Origin: Minisyncoccota bacterium
Lineage (GTDB): Bacteria > Patescibacteriota > Minisyncoccia > Minisyncoccales > RBG-13-42-11
Length of the DNA: 64,000 nucleotides
Assembly (NCBI GenBank): GCA_028712445.1
Contig: JAQTPY010000001.1
Coordinates: forward strand, 120,290-184,289
Reading direction: 5' to 3'
Below the pieces are notes generated by a model. It was not told the origin of the DNA and searched no databases. It worked only from the letters and a program-made list of their open reading frames with translations. Both the position numbers and the translations under genes were made by a program. Positions 16,474 to 23,791 of the stretch are shown piece by piece; positions within the stretch are counted from its first letter, which is position 1; each line of letters opens with the position of its first letter.

Positions 16474-17499
16474 CTACTTTTTTTCGTCGAGTTTTGCCTT
16501 GAGAGTGACTTCTTTTTTGCCCCTCAATACTTTAAGAGAGATTTCTTTGTTTATTTCCAGTTTTTCTAAAATATGGGAAAGAGGATTCTCCTCGGTGATT
16601 TTTTCTCCGCTACATTCCAAAATGATGTCGAATTCTTTTATTCCCGCTTTTTCAGCCGCGCTGTCTTTGATTACGGGCGGTTCTCCCAGGTTTTCCCTTA
16701 CAACCAAGGCACCGTTAAAAACCGGCAGTTTATTCTTTTTTGATATTTCTTCGTTGAGAACTATGTATTTTACTCCTAAAAATGCTCTTTTTAATCTTCC
16801 ATATTTTCTGACTTCTTCGAGATCTTTTTTAACGTAGTTTATGGGTATGGCAAAACCTATATTTTGAGCACCCATAACGACGGCTGTATTTACCCCGATT
16901 ACTTTTCCCTCAATGTTTACCAGGGGACCCCCGCTATTTCCAGGATTGATTGCCGCGTCAGTTTGTATTAATCCCCTCAGCATAGATGACTGCTGGTTGT
17001 ATCCTGAAAAAGCGGTAATAAATCTGCTCAATCCTGAAACCACCCCGGTGCTTACCGTATCGCTGAATTCTCCAAGAGAGTTTCCGACGGCAATCACGCT
17101 TTCGCCCAATTCGAGGGTGTCTGAATCGCCGAGCTCCAGATAATCTATATCTTTTGCATCGATTTTCAGGATAGCGATGTCGTTTATCGGGTTTCTGGCT
17201 ATGACCTTGGCAGGGAATTTTTTTTCTGGTTCATAAATTATGGTGTAATCAGCGGCAGTGTCTCCAACCACATGACAGCTGGTAATTATGAAACCATCGG
17301 GAGATATTATGAATCCTGATCCCCCGCCGACTTTAGTCTTTTCCATTTTATGGTTGTTGACCTTAGGCATCATCATCTTTTCGCCTCCATAGGGCAAAAA
17401 ATAAAACCCTTCCACCCGTGGAAGATCTTTTGAAATGACGACTGTAATTACTGCGGGGCAAACCCTTTTTGCCACTTCAATGATTGGAGATTTTTCCAT
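16474..17499 (-). CDS. HtrA/DegP-family serine protease with C-terminal PDZ domain
   Basis: 341 aa. Catalytic His (TSCHVV), Asp (NDIAILKI) and Ser (GNSGGPL). PDZ-like tail. No N-terminal signal or TM helix in the longest ORF. Confidence 0.85.
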   Translation of the reverse strand: MEKSPIIEVAKRVCPAVITVVISKDLPRVEGFYFLPYGGEKMMMPKVNNHKMEKTKVGGGSGFIISPDGFIITSCHVVGDTAADYTIIYEPEKKFPAKVIARNPINDIAILKIDAKDIDYLELGDSDTLELGESVIAVGNSLGEFSDTVSTGVVSGLSRFITAFSGYNQQSSMLRGLIQTDAAINPGNSGGPLVNIEGKVIGVNTAVVMGAQNIGFAIPINYVKKDLEEVRKYGRLKRAFLGVKYIVLNEEISKKNKLPVFNGALVVRENLGEPPVIKDSAAEKAGIKEFDIILECSGEKITEENPLSHILEKLEINKEISLKVLRGKKEVTLKAKLDEKK

Positions 17500-17582
17500 A
17501 AAATTTTTGTTTAAAATTTTCCAGGACTCCCGCTCAAAGCGGGAAAGATAATTTTATTCATTTATCATATCATCAATTAACC

Positions 17583-17611
17583 TTGCCAACAAGCAAAAAA
17601 ACTGTTAAAAT
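17583..17611 (+). promoter_or_regulatory. Sigma70-type promoter for tRNA-Arg(CCU)/acyltransferase
   Basis: TTGCCA (17583-17588), 17-nt spacer, TAAAAT (17606-17611). Confidence 0.55.
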
Positions 17612-17646
17612 TTCTTTATCTGTCAGAGTTAAGATTCTGCGAAACA

Positions 17647-17718
17647 GCCCCCATAGTTCAATGGACAGAACAATCCCGTCCTAAGGGATAAATGTGTGTT
17701 CGACTCACGCTGGGGGCA
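17647..17718 (+). tRNA. tRNA-Arg(CCU)
   Basis: Acceptor GCCCCCA/TGGGGGC, anticodon stem ATCCC/GGGAT, loop GTCCTAA, T arm GTGTG-TTCGACT-CACGC. Confidence 0.8.
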
Positions 17719-17775
17719 CAGGATAAAGATCTTTTAATTAATCTATATCGTCTTTTTGCAGAAAGGAGGGAAAAA

Positions 17776-18636
17776 TTGGAAACGATAAATGTAAGAAAGG
17801 AAGAAATCCTTGTAATCAATAAATTCCTGCTTTTCTTGTTAAAGTACGTGGGAAGTCCGATAATCTGCGTGTTCCTCTTGCTTCTGGAAGCGCCGCCGTT
17901 AAAAAGAATAGAATTTAAGCATTACGAGAGATTGCCTCTCTGGGAAGGGAATGTGATAATTTTCCCTAACCATAGAAGCTGGTGGGACGTTGTCGTTACT
18001 CCTCATCTTTATTTTCCTTGGTGGTTTAGAGAGCTGAAAGAAGATTTAATCGATCTTTTAAAGGAAACGATCTCCGCTGTCCATAGGATACTGCACTGGA
18101 TAATTGATGAAAGAATAAGGATTAAGATTGGTAATGGCCAAAGCGTGTTTTCCAAGGACGTTCCGATTACCGCTGCCGACAAGCATAATCTTCGGGCATT
18201 TCCTTGGCTGGAAGGTATAATTTTCCGGGTAAATCGGGAAAAGAACGGAGGGACGCCTTCTGAAAGAGCTGTTTCTGCCAGATATGCTCAGCGCGTCTTA
18301 AAAAAGAACGGTCGGGTTGTAATTTTTGCTGAAGGAGGAATGCTCGGCAGTGTTGGAGATGAAGAGAAAATATTTGATGTCGCCACAAAAGAGCCCATAC
18401 TTAGGTTAATAGAGCCAGGGTTTTGCAGGCTGGTATCCATGACCGGCTCAAAGGTGATAATTGTGATTGAAAGAGGAACTGATAAGGTTTTGCCGCGCGG
18501 CTCCTATTTTCCTCGCTTGTGGCGAAAAGTTACAATAAGCATCGGAGAACCGCTGGTTTTCCCGATAGGTACTGATCCGGAGTTAATAAGAAACACTATA
18601 GATAAAGCCAGATTAGATCTTTATTACAGCGATTAG
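17776..18636 (+). CDS. PlsC-like acyltransferase (1-acyl-sn-glycerol-3-phosphate acyltransferase family)
   Basis: The track ORF starts at ATG 17692, inside tRNA-Arg. In-frame TTG 17776 is preceded by GAAAGGAGGG (17761-17770). HX4D-type motif NHRSWWD. Later FAEGG motif. Confidence 0.6.
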   Translation: METINVRKEEILVINKFLLFLLKYVGSPIICVFLLLLEAPPLKRIEFKHYERLPLWEGNVIIFPNHRSWWDVVVTPHLYFPWWFRELKEDLIDLLKETISAVHRILHWIIDERIRIKIGNGQSVFSKDVPITAADKHNLRAFPWLEGIIFRVNREKNGGTPSERAVSARYAQRVLKKNGRVVIFAEGGMLGSVGDEEKIFDVATKEPILRLIEPGFCRLVSMTGSKVIIVIERGTDKVLPRGSYFPRLWRKVTISIGEPLVFPIGTDPELIRNTIDKARLDLYYSD

Positions 18637-18661
18637 GCAAAGTATATTTGCCTACTTTTAT

Positions 18662-18732
18662 GGGCCCGTAGTATACCGGCAACACGCCTCCATGGCATGG
18701 AGGAGTAAGGGGTTCAATTCCCCTCGGGTCCA
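18662..18732 (+). tRNA. tRNA-Ala(GGC)
   Basis: Acceptor GGGCCCG/CGGGTCC with the G3:U70 Ala identity pair. Anticodon stem CCTCC/GGAGG, loop ATGGCAT. Confidence 0.8.
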
Positions 18733-18745
18733 CTGTATTTATCCT

Positions 18746-18833
18746 GGAGGGGTACCGAAGAGGCCATAACGGGGCGGTCTCGAAAACCGCTGTTCTCGCA
18801 AGAGACACGTGGGTTCGACTCCCACCCCCTCCG
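18746..18833 (+). tRNA. tRNA-Ser(CGA)
   Basis: Acceptor GGAGGGG/CCCCTCC, anticodon stem GCGGT/ACCGC, loop CTCGAAA, long variable arm, T arm GTGGG-TTCGACT-CCCAC. Confidence 0.8.
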
Positions 18834-18864
18834 CTCTACACTTAACAATTATTTAAAGTTTTAC

Positions 18865-19251
18865 ATGTTTAAATTTTCAAGAAAGAAAAAAGAAGAGCCC
18901 CGAGACATCAAAGAGGTATTAAAAGAATTCGGGGATCTGAAAGAAAAATTTGAAAATCTTTCAGAAGAAATAAAAAATGTAAAAAAGCGGCAGACAGACT
19001 CAGTTCAAAAAGTAGGGCTGGTTAGATATAATCCTTTTAAAGAAGTTGGCGGAGATCAAAGTTTTTCTTTAGCTCTTTTGGATGACAATGATTCAGGGGC
19101 AGTGGTTACAAGCCTTTATTCGAGAGAAGAAAACAGGGTTTACGGAAAACCGGTGACGAGAGGCGAATCAGAATACACTTTGTCTATAGAAGAAAAGAAA
19201 GCGATTGATAAAGCGAAAGGAATTAATGACGAAGAAAAGAAAAAACACTAA
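18865..19251 (+). CDS. DUF4446-like small protein
   Basis: 128 aa. Core VGLVRYNPFKEVGGDQSFSLALLDDNDSGAVVTSLYSRE resembles the DUF4446 signature as I remember it. Recalled from memory, not searched. Confidence 0.45.
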   Translation: MFKFSRKKKEEPRDIKEVLKEFGDLKEKFENLSEEIKNVKKRQTDSVQKVGLVRYNPFKEVGGDQSFSLALLDDNDSGAVVTSLYSREENRVYGKPVTRGESEYTLSIEEKKAIDKAKGINDEEKKKH

Positions 19252-19264
19252 TCTATAATTGAGA

Positions 19265-20785
19265 ATGGCAGAAGATAATAATAAAATAAATATTCCCAAT
19301 GGAGTAAAAAGGCCGCCAGTGGTCGTGGTGATGGGACATGTTGACCATGGGAAAAGTTCTTTATTGGAAGCAATAAAGGATTTTAAAATTACTTCCAAAG
19401 AATCAGGAGGAATCACCCAGCATATTGGCGCCTATCAGGTTGAAGAGCAGGGCAAAAAAATAACTTTTCTTGACACTCCGGGCCACGAAGCTTTTTCCCA
19501 AATGCGAGGTCGGGGGGCAAGAGTGGCAGATATAGCCATTCTGGTTATTGACGCTTCTGAAGGAATTCAGGCCCAGACAAAAGAGGTTTTGTCTTTGATA
19601 AAGAAAGTCAGCATCCCGACTGTTTTAGTTTTGAATAAGATTGATAAACCTGAAGCTGATCCCGAAAGAGTTAAAAGAGAGCTGGTAAAAGAGGATTTTT
19701 TAGTTGAAAGTCTTGGAGGAAAGATTCCTTCTGTGAACGTTTCAGCAAAAACCAAGAAAGGCATACCCGAATTGCTAGACATGATTAATTTGGTATCTGA
19801 TATTGAGGATTTGAACGCTGACCCCGATGCTCCGGCAGAAGGAGTGATTATTGAGTCATATCTTGATAATCAAAGAGGCCCTACGGCTACCCTGTTGGTT
19901 TCCAACGGTACTTTGAGAAGCGGAGATATAATCGGCACCTCTTCAGCATTTACTAAAATCAAAAGTCTGGAAAGTTTCCAAGGAAAGCCTATCGAGGAAG
20001 CATTGCCCTCCACTCCGGTCATTGTTTTCGGATTCAATCAGGTCCCAGGAGTTGGAGAGAAGTTTAAAACTTTTAATACAGTTGAAGAGGCAGAAAATAA
20101 TTCGCGAGTATTAAGGAATGCGCCCGGCGCAACGGGTAAAAGAGAAGAAAAAGCGCCCGAGGTTTCAGAGGGGCAAAGAGTTCTGGAGATTATTTTAAAA
20201 GCAGATGTTTTGGGATCCCTTGAGGCCGTAGAAGGCATACTCAAGTCTTTGCCTCAGGAGCGGGTGATAATAAGGATTATCAAAGCCGAAGCAGGAAATA
20301 TTAACGAATCAGACGTTAAGCTGGCTAGCGGCGGCAAAGCCATAATTCTTGGATTCAAGGTTAAGATTGATTCTCAGGCTAAGATATTGATGGAAAGAGA
20401 TAAGGTAAAAGCACTGACTTTTGATATTATTTATGAGTTGGTTGAAGCCGTCAGAAATTTTATGGAAAGGATTGCGATATCTGAGGAAGTAAGAACAGTT
20501 GTGGGAAGAATGAAGGTGTTGGCCAAATTTTTAGCTGAAAAAAATCGCCAAATTATTGGCGGAAAAGTCATTGAGGGTGAGATCAGAAGAGGAGTGCAGA
20601 TCGATGTTTTAAGAAATGATGAGAAGATTGGTTCAGGAAGAATGATTAACTTACAGAGAAATAAAAAAGATATCAATTCTGTTTCCAAAGGAGAGGAATG
20701 CGGAATACTTTTTGAGGGGAACGTCAAAATAGAGGAAGGAGACATTCTCGAGTTCTATATCGAGGAAAAGAAAAAAGTCATTTAA
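19265..20785 (+). CDS. infB: Translation initiation factor IF-2 (short form lacking the N-terminal extension)
   Basis: The track ORF starts at TTG 19259; ATG 19265 (MAEDNN) is more likely. GTPase motifs [17 protein letters not shown], followed by the IF-2 domains. Confidence 0.9.
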   Translation: MAEDNNKINIPNGVKRPPVVVVMGHVDHGKSSLLEAIKDFKITSKESGGITQHIGAYQVEEQGKKITFLDTPGHEAFSQMRGRGARVADIAILVIDASEGIQAQTKEVLSLIKKVSIPTVLVLNKIDKPEADPERVKRELVKEDFLVESLGGKIPSVNVSAKTKKGIPELLDMINLVSDIEDLNADPDAPAEGVIIESYLDNQRGPTATLLVSNGTLRSGDIIGTSSAFTKIKSLESFQGKPIEEALPSTPVIVFGFNQVPGVGEKFKTFNTVEEAENNSRVLRNAPGATGKREEKAPEVSEGQRVLEIILKADVLGSLEAVEGILKSLPQERVIIRIIKAEAGNINESDVKLASGGKAIILGFKVKIDSQAKILMERDKVKALTFDIIYELVEAVRNFMERIAISEEVRTVVGRMKVLAKFLAEKNRQIIGGKVIEGEIRRGVQIDVLRNDEKIGSGRMINLQRNKKDINSVSKGEECGILFEGNVKIEEGDILEFYIEEKKKVI

Positions 20786-20792
20786 ATTTTTT

Positions 20793-21137
20793 ATGGCAAG
20801 AAGAATTCCCCAGGTTAACCAATTTATAAAAAAAGAACTTGCAAAAATTATTCTCCGAGAAATTGATTTTCCTCAAGGAGTTCTTGTGACTTTAACAAGA
20901 GCAGAGGTTACGGCTAATTTTCAGGAATGCAAGGTTTATTTTAGTGTTTTGCCGGAAACGAGAGCTAAAGACATATTGTCCATTCTGAGAAAATTGGTTT
21001 ATTTTCTTCAAAAGAAATTAGACGAAAGACTTAAAATGCGTCCTGTTCCTAAAATAATGTTTTTTGTGGAAACGGGGACGGTTGAAGCCGGAGAAATAGA
21101 AAATATCCTGGAAAAATTAAAAAAAGAGGAAAAATAA
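20793..21137 (+). CDS. rbfA: Ribosome-binding factor A
   Basis: 114 aa, immediately downstream of infB (conserved synteny). RbfA-like pattern ..VTLTRAEVTANFQECKVYFSVL.. Confidence 0.8.
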   Translation: MARRIPQVNQFIKKELAKIILREIDFPQGVLVTLTRAEVTANFQECKVYFSVLPETRAKDILSILRKLVYFLQKKLDERLKMRPVPKIMFFVETGTVEAGEIENILEKLKKEEK

Positions 21138-21162
21138 GAACCTTTCACTTTGTTCAAAAACC

Positions 21163-21191
21163 TTGAAATAGCGCTTATTTTAAGTTAGAAT
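21163..21191 (+). promoter_or_regulatory. Sigma70-type promoter for tRNA-Cys/tRNA-Leu
   Basis: TTGAAA (21163-21168), 17-nt spacer, TAGAAT (21186-21191). tRNA-Cys starts at 21202. Confidence 0.6.
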
Positions 21192-21201
21192 ATTTATACT
21201 C

Positions 21202-21273
21202 GGCCAGGTAGCCAAGTAGTAAGGCAACTGTCTGCAAAACAGTTACACGTGGGTGCAATTCCCGCCCTGGCCT
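21202..21273 (+). tRNA. tRNA-Cys(GCA)
   Basis: Acceptor GGCCAGG/CCTGGCC, anticodon stem ACTGT/ACAGT, loop CTGCAAA, T arm GTGGG-TGCAATT-CCCGC. The T-loop has G at position 55. Confidence 0.75.
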
Positions 21274-21283
21274 CAAGACATGA

Positions 21284-21365
21284 GGGCGAGTGGCGAAACG
21301 GCATACGCACAACACTTAAAATGTTGCGGTCTTAGACCATGAGGGTTCGATTCCCTCCTCGCCCA
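21284..21365 (+). tRNA. tRNA-Leu(UAA)
   Basis: Acceptor GGGCGAG/CTCGCCC, anticodon stem CAACA/TGTTG, loop CTTAAAA, long variable arm, T arm GAGGG-TTCGATT-CCCTC. Confidence 0.8.
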
Positions 21366-21370
21366 CTAAT

Positions 21371-21400
21371 AAAAAACCCGCTTTTGGCGGGATTTTGTTC
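21371..21400. terminator. Rho-independent terminator after the tRNA pair, convergent with the minus-strand gene
   Basis: AAAAAACCCGC-ttttg-GCGGGATTTTGTTC. Confidence 0.6.
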
Positions 21401-21416
21401 TTTTTATTAAGAATTT

Positions 21417-21947
21417 TTAACTGCCTAAAATTTCGATGTATGTTCTTTGGGCGCCAAACTCCTTGGCTTCTTTATATGAAGGAAACCAGACATCAACGTG
21501 ATATTTGCCCTTTCTGATATGCATTCTATCTTCCACTGTGAATATCTTGTTTCCATAGATTTCAGGAATTCTGACTTTGGTTCCGAAGGGCAGGCTGTTA
21601 ATGGCTATAATTCCGTCTCTGACATAAGTATTGGCAGCCGTTATTAAGGGGCTGTCATCGGTTTCCCATATTGAGCTTGAGTAAGCGGTTATGATAACAT
21701 TGATTTTTCTTGCCACCTTGGGTTCGGGAGCTGAAGGATCGGAAAGCGGCAAGACAGCATTTTCATTAACATATGCCAAGCTTCCTGGCTGGAGACTTTG
21801 GCTTGCTTTCTCCATGATTGCCCCTTGATTTATTTGAAGGAAATTTATATTCAAAACGGGCAGAATGGCCATCATTACGCTGGCCATAAAATAGGCGTAT
21901 TTTCCCGGTTTTTTCTCTAAAGAATTTTTATCGGTATAGTTTTCCAT
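21417..21947 (-). CDS. 3D-domain (RlpA/MltA-like double-psi beta-barrel) protein, putative cell-wall-binding or lytic
   Basis: 176 aa. N-terminal TM helix. C-terminal ..ITAYSSSIWETDDSPLITAANTYVRDGIIAIN..PFGTKVRIP..FTVEDRM.. matches the 3D-domain pattern. Confidence 0.65.
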   Translation of the reverse strand: MENYTDKNSLEKKPGKYAYFMASVMMAILPVLNINFLQINQGAIMEKASQSLQPGSLAYVNENAVLPLSDPSAPEPKVARKINVIITAYSSSIWETDDSPLITAANTYVRDGIIAINSLPFGTKVRIPEIYGNKIFTVEDRMHIRKGKYHVDVWFPSYKEAKEFGAQRTYIEILGS

Positions 21948-22027
21948 ACAAAAACCCCTTTACAGGGGTAATATCATATCCTATATCAAAAAGACTGTTT
22001 TGTCAAGACTGGGAGGAGAAAAATTAA

Positions 22028-22102
22028 TGGAGCGGATGAAGGGAGTCGAACCCTCTTCTCAACCTTGGCAAGGTTGCATAATGGCCGTTATACGACACCC
22101 GC
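22028..22102 (-). tRNA. tRNA-Gly(GCC), CCA encoded
   Basis: Acceptor GCGGGTG/CATCCGC (one G-U pair), anticodon stem CAACC/GGTTG, loop TTGCCAA. Confidence 0.8.
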
Positions 22103-22118
22103 AAGGGTAATTTTATTG

Positions 22119-22190
22119 TGCCTGGGGGGAGAATTGGACTCCCGACCTAACGATTTTCAGTCGCTCGCTCTACCACTGAGCTACCCAGGC
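22119..22190 (-). tRNA. tRNA-Phe(GAA)
   Basis: GCCTGGGTAGCTCAGTGGTAGAGC.., anticodon loop CTGAAAA, acceptor 3' strand CCCAGGC plus discriminator A. Confidence 0.85.
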
Positions 22191-22240
22191 TCGTTTGGGT
22201 TATAAACCTTAAACATTAGAAAGGTTTAAGGTTTTCTCGG

Positions 22241-22312
22241 TGGACGGTATAGGATTCGAACCTATAACCACTGCGATGTAAACGCAATGCTCTACCGTTG
22301 AGCTAACCGTCC
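22241..22312 (-). tRNA. tRNA-Val(UAC)
   Basis: Acceptor GGACGGT/ACCGTCC, anticodon stem TTGCG/CGCAG, loop TTTACAT, T arm ATAGG-TTCGAAT-CCTAT. Confidence 0.8.
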
Positions 22313-22316
22313 TTTC

Positions 22317-22401
22317 TGGTGCGCGAGAGAGGACTCGAACCTCCACGCCTTGCGGCACTAGCACCTCAAGCTAGCCTGGCTACCGATTACAGCACTCGCG
22401 C
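22317..22401 (-). tRNA. tRNA-Leu(GAG), CCA encoded
   Basis: Acceptor GCGCGAG/CTCGCGC, anticodon stem CTAGC/GCTAG, loop TTGAGGT, long variable arm. Confidence 0.8.
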
Positions 22402-22414
22402 ATTGTGTCGCGAC

Positions 22415-22810
22415 CTATTTTGGCTCGGTTTCCGTAGGGTTTTCTTCCGTAGCAGTTTTTACAGTTTCTCTGTTTTTTAATCTTGCTTTCTTGCCTTTAG
22501 CTCCCCTTAAATAGTAAAGCTTAGCTCTTCTGACTTTCCCCCTTTTTATAACTTCTATTTTAGCCAACGAGGGGGAGTGAATAGGAAAAACTCTTTCCAC
22601 TCCTATTCCCGAGATTATTTTCCTGACAGTAATTGTGGCATTTATTCCCTTGCCGTGTTTTTTGGCTATTACCACGCCTTCAAAAACCTGAATTCTTTCC
22701 TTGTCTTTTTCTTTTATCTTCTGATGAACTTCAACGGTGTCGCCAGGGCTGATTTCAGATAAGCCCGGTTTTATTTGAATTTTATTGAATTTTTCTGCTA
22801 AATTAATCAT
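22415..22810 (-). CDS. rplS: 50S ribosomal protein L19
   Basis: 131 aa. [28 protein letters not shown]...TITVRK...[13 protein letters not shown] is the L19 signature pattern. Confidence 0.9.
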   Translation of the reverse strand: MINLAEKFNKIQIKPGLSEISPGDTVEVHQKIKEKDKERIQVFEGVVIAKKHGKGINATITVRKIISGIGVERVFPIHSPSLAKIEVIKRGKVRRAKLYYLRGAKGKKARLKNRETVKTATEENPTETEPK

Positions 22811-23435
22811 GTTGTTCTTCGAGATTATTTAATGCTTTTTGTAAGTCTTCTGCCAAAGGAGAAGTAAATTCTTTTGTTTCTCCGTTCAGCAAGGTTATTT
22901 TTAAGTATCCTGCATGAAGAAATTGCCTTGTTAATCCTTTTGGCGTCGGTTGGTTTTTGAACCCGTATAATTTATCTCCAGCAAGAGGGTGATTTAAATA
23001 AGTAAAATGAGCCCTGATTTGATGTTTTCTGCCTGTCTTGGGTTCAACCTCAATCAAATCATAATTTTTGAATTTTTGCAATACCTTGTATCGGGTAATG
23101 GCCTCTCTTTTTCCCGAGGCATCGGGGCTTCCGGCAAGGTAAGCTTTCTGCCTTCTTCGGTCTTTGGGAGCTCTTCCTAAAAGGGTTTTAATTTCTCCTT
23201 CATCATCTTTTAAATGACCGACAATCAAGGCCGTATATTTCTTTTTTACCTTTCTGTTTTTAAACTGTTTTTGAAGAAATTCCAGTGATTCGTCGTCCTT
23301 CGCTATCAAGAGCGCTCCGGAAGTATCTTTGTCTAGTCGATGGACTCTTTTTGGAAAAGCGTCTGAATTCATTCCCGAGGGTTTATCTATCACTAGAACC
23401 CTTTCGTCCTCGTAGATTTTTTTTGGTTCTGTCAT
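22803..23435 (-). CDS. RluA-family pseudouridine synthase (no S4 domain)
   Basis: 210 aa. Catalytic motif [12 protein letters not shown] and downstream KxYxALV and HQIR motifs. Confidence 0.85.
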   Translation of the reverse strand: MTEPKKIYEDERVLVIDKPSGMNSDAFPKRVHRLDKDTSGALLIAKDDESLEFLQKQFKNRKVKKKYTALIVGHLKDDEGEIKTLLGRAPKDRRRQKAYLAGSPDASGKREAITRYKVLQKFKNYDLIEVEPKTGRKHQIRAHFTYLNHPLAGDKLYGFKNQPTPKGLTRQFLHAGYLKITLLNGETKEFTSPLAEDLQKALNNLEEQHD

Positions 23436-23448
23436 TTATGTTGATTTG

Positions 23449-23520
23449 TGGGCTCAGCAGGAATCGGACCTGCGGTCTCGTCGATGTCAACGACGCGTTT
23501 TACCACTAAACTATAAGCCC
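23449..23520 (-). tRNA. tRNA-Val(GAC)
   Basis: Acceptor GGGCTTA/TGAGCCC, anticodon stem CGTCG/CGACG, loop TTGACAT. Confidence 0.8.
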
Positions 23521-23559
23521 TTTCAGGGTTTTGATTTCCTCACGGAAATTAAGCCTTTG

Positions 23560-23597
23560 TGGGCGCAGATGGACTCGAACCATCGACCCCAGCTTTA
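23560..23597 (-). pseudogene. Exact copy of the 3' part (position 36 to discriminator) of tRNA-Ile(UAU)
   Basis: TAAAGCTGGGGTCGATGGTTCGAGTCCATCTGCGCCCA, 38/38 identical to 23685-23648. No 5' partner directly upstream. Confidence 0.85.
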
Positions 23598-23647
23598 AGA
23601 TTTTGCTTTTAGCAAAAACTGCCGATGGATTTTATTAAGGCTCTAAG

Positions 23648-23721
23648 TGGGCGCAGATGGACTCGAACCATCGACCCCAGCTTTATAAGAGCTGTGCTCT
23701 AACCAACTGAGCTATGCGCCC
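23648..23721 (-). tRNA. tRNA-Ile(UAU), intact cloverleaf
   Basis: GGGCGCA TA GCTC AGTTGGTTA GAGC A CAGCT CTTATAA AGCTG GGGTC GATGG TTCGAGT CCATC TGCGCCC A. All stems are Watson-Crick. The body is Ile-like. Confidence 0.8.
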
Positions 23722-23748
23722 ACCTAGAGCTGTAAATTATCCATCGTC

Positions 23749-23785
23749 ATAAGAGCTGTGCTCTAACCAACTGAGCTATGCGCCC
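23749..23785 (-). pseudogene. Exact copy of the 5' part (nt 1-37, through the anticodon) of tRNA-Ile(UAU)
   Basis: GGGCGCATAGCTCAGTTGGTTAGAGCACAGCTCTTAT, 37/37 identical to 23721-23685. Begins 6 nt after the ftsH stop codon. Confidence 0.85.
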
Positions 23786-23791
23786 GATTCT

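Noticed and set aside
17692-17775. ATG 17692 as the start of the acyltransferase ORF.
   Set aside because: It would begin inside tRNA-Arg(CCU) (17647-17718). In-frame TTG 17776 has a strong GGAGGG Shine-Dalgarno 6 nt upstream.
18596-18808. 70-aa minus-strand ORF; also the 107-aa minus-strand ORF at 41619-41942.
   Set aside because: Both run antisense through tRNA genes (Ala/Ser and Arg/Ser/Ser). GC-rich tRNA sequence tends to keep frames open, and the products resemble no known protein.
19265-20785. Short IF-2 (506 aa), short ValRS (681 aa) and four-domain S1, as possible truncations or pseudogenes.
   Set aside because: All catalytic and core motifs are intact and the ORFs are uninterrupted. 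Loss of N- or C-terminal accessory extensions fits genome reduction rather than decay.
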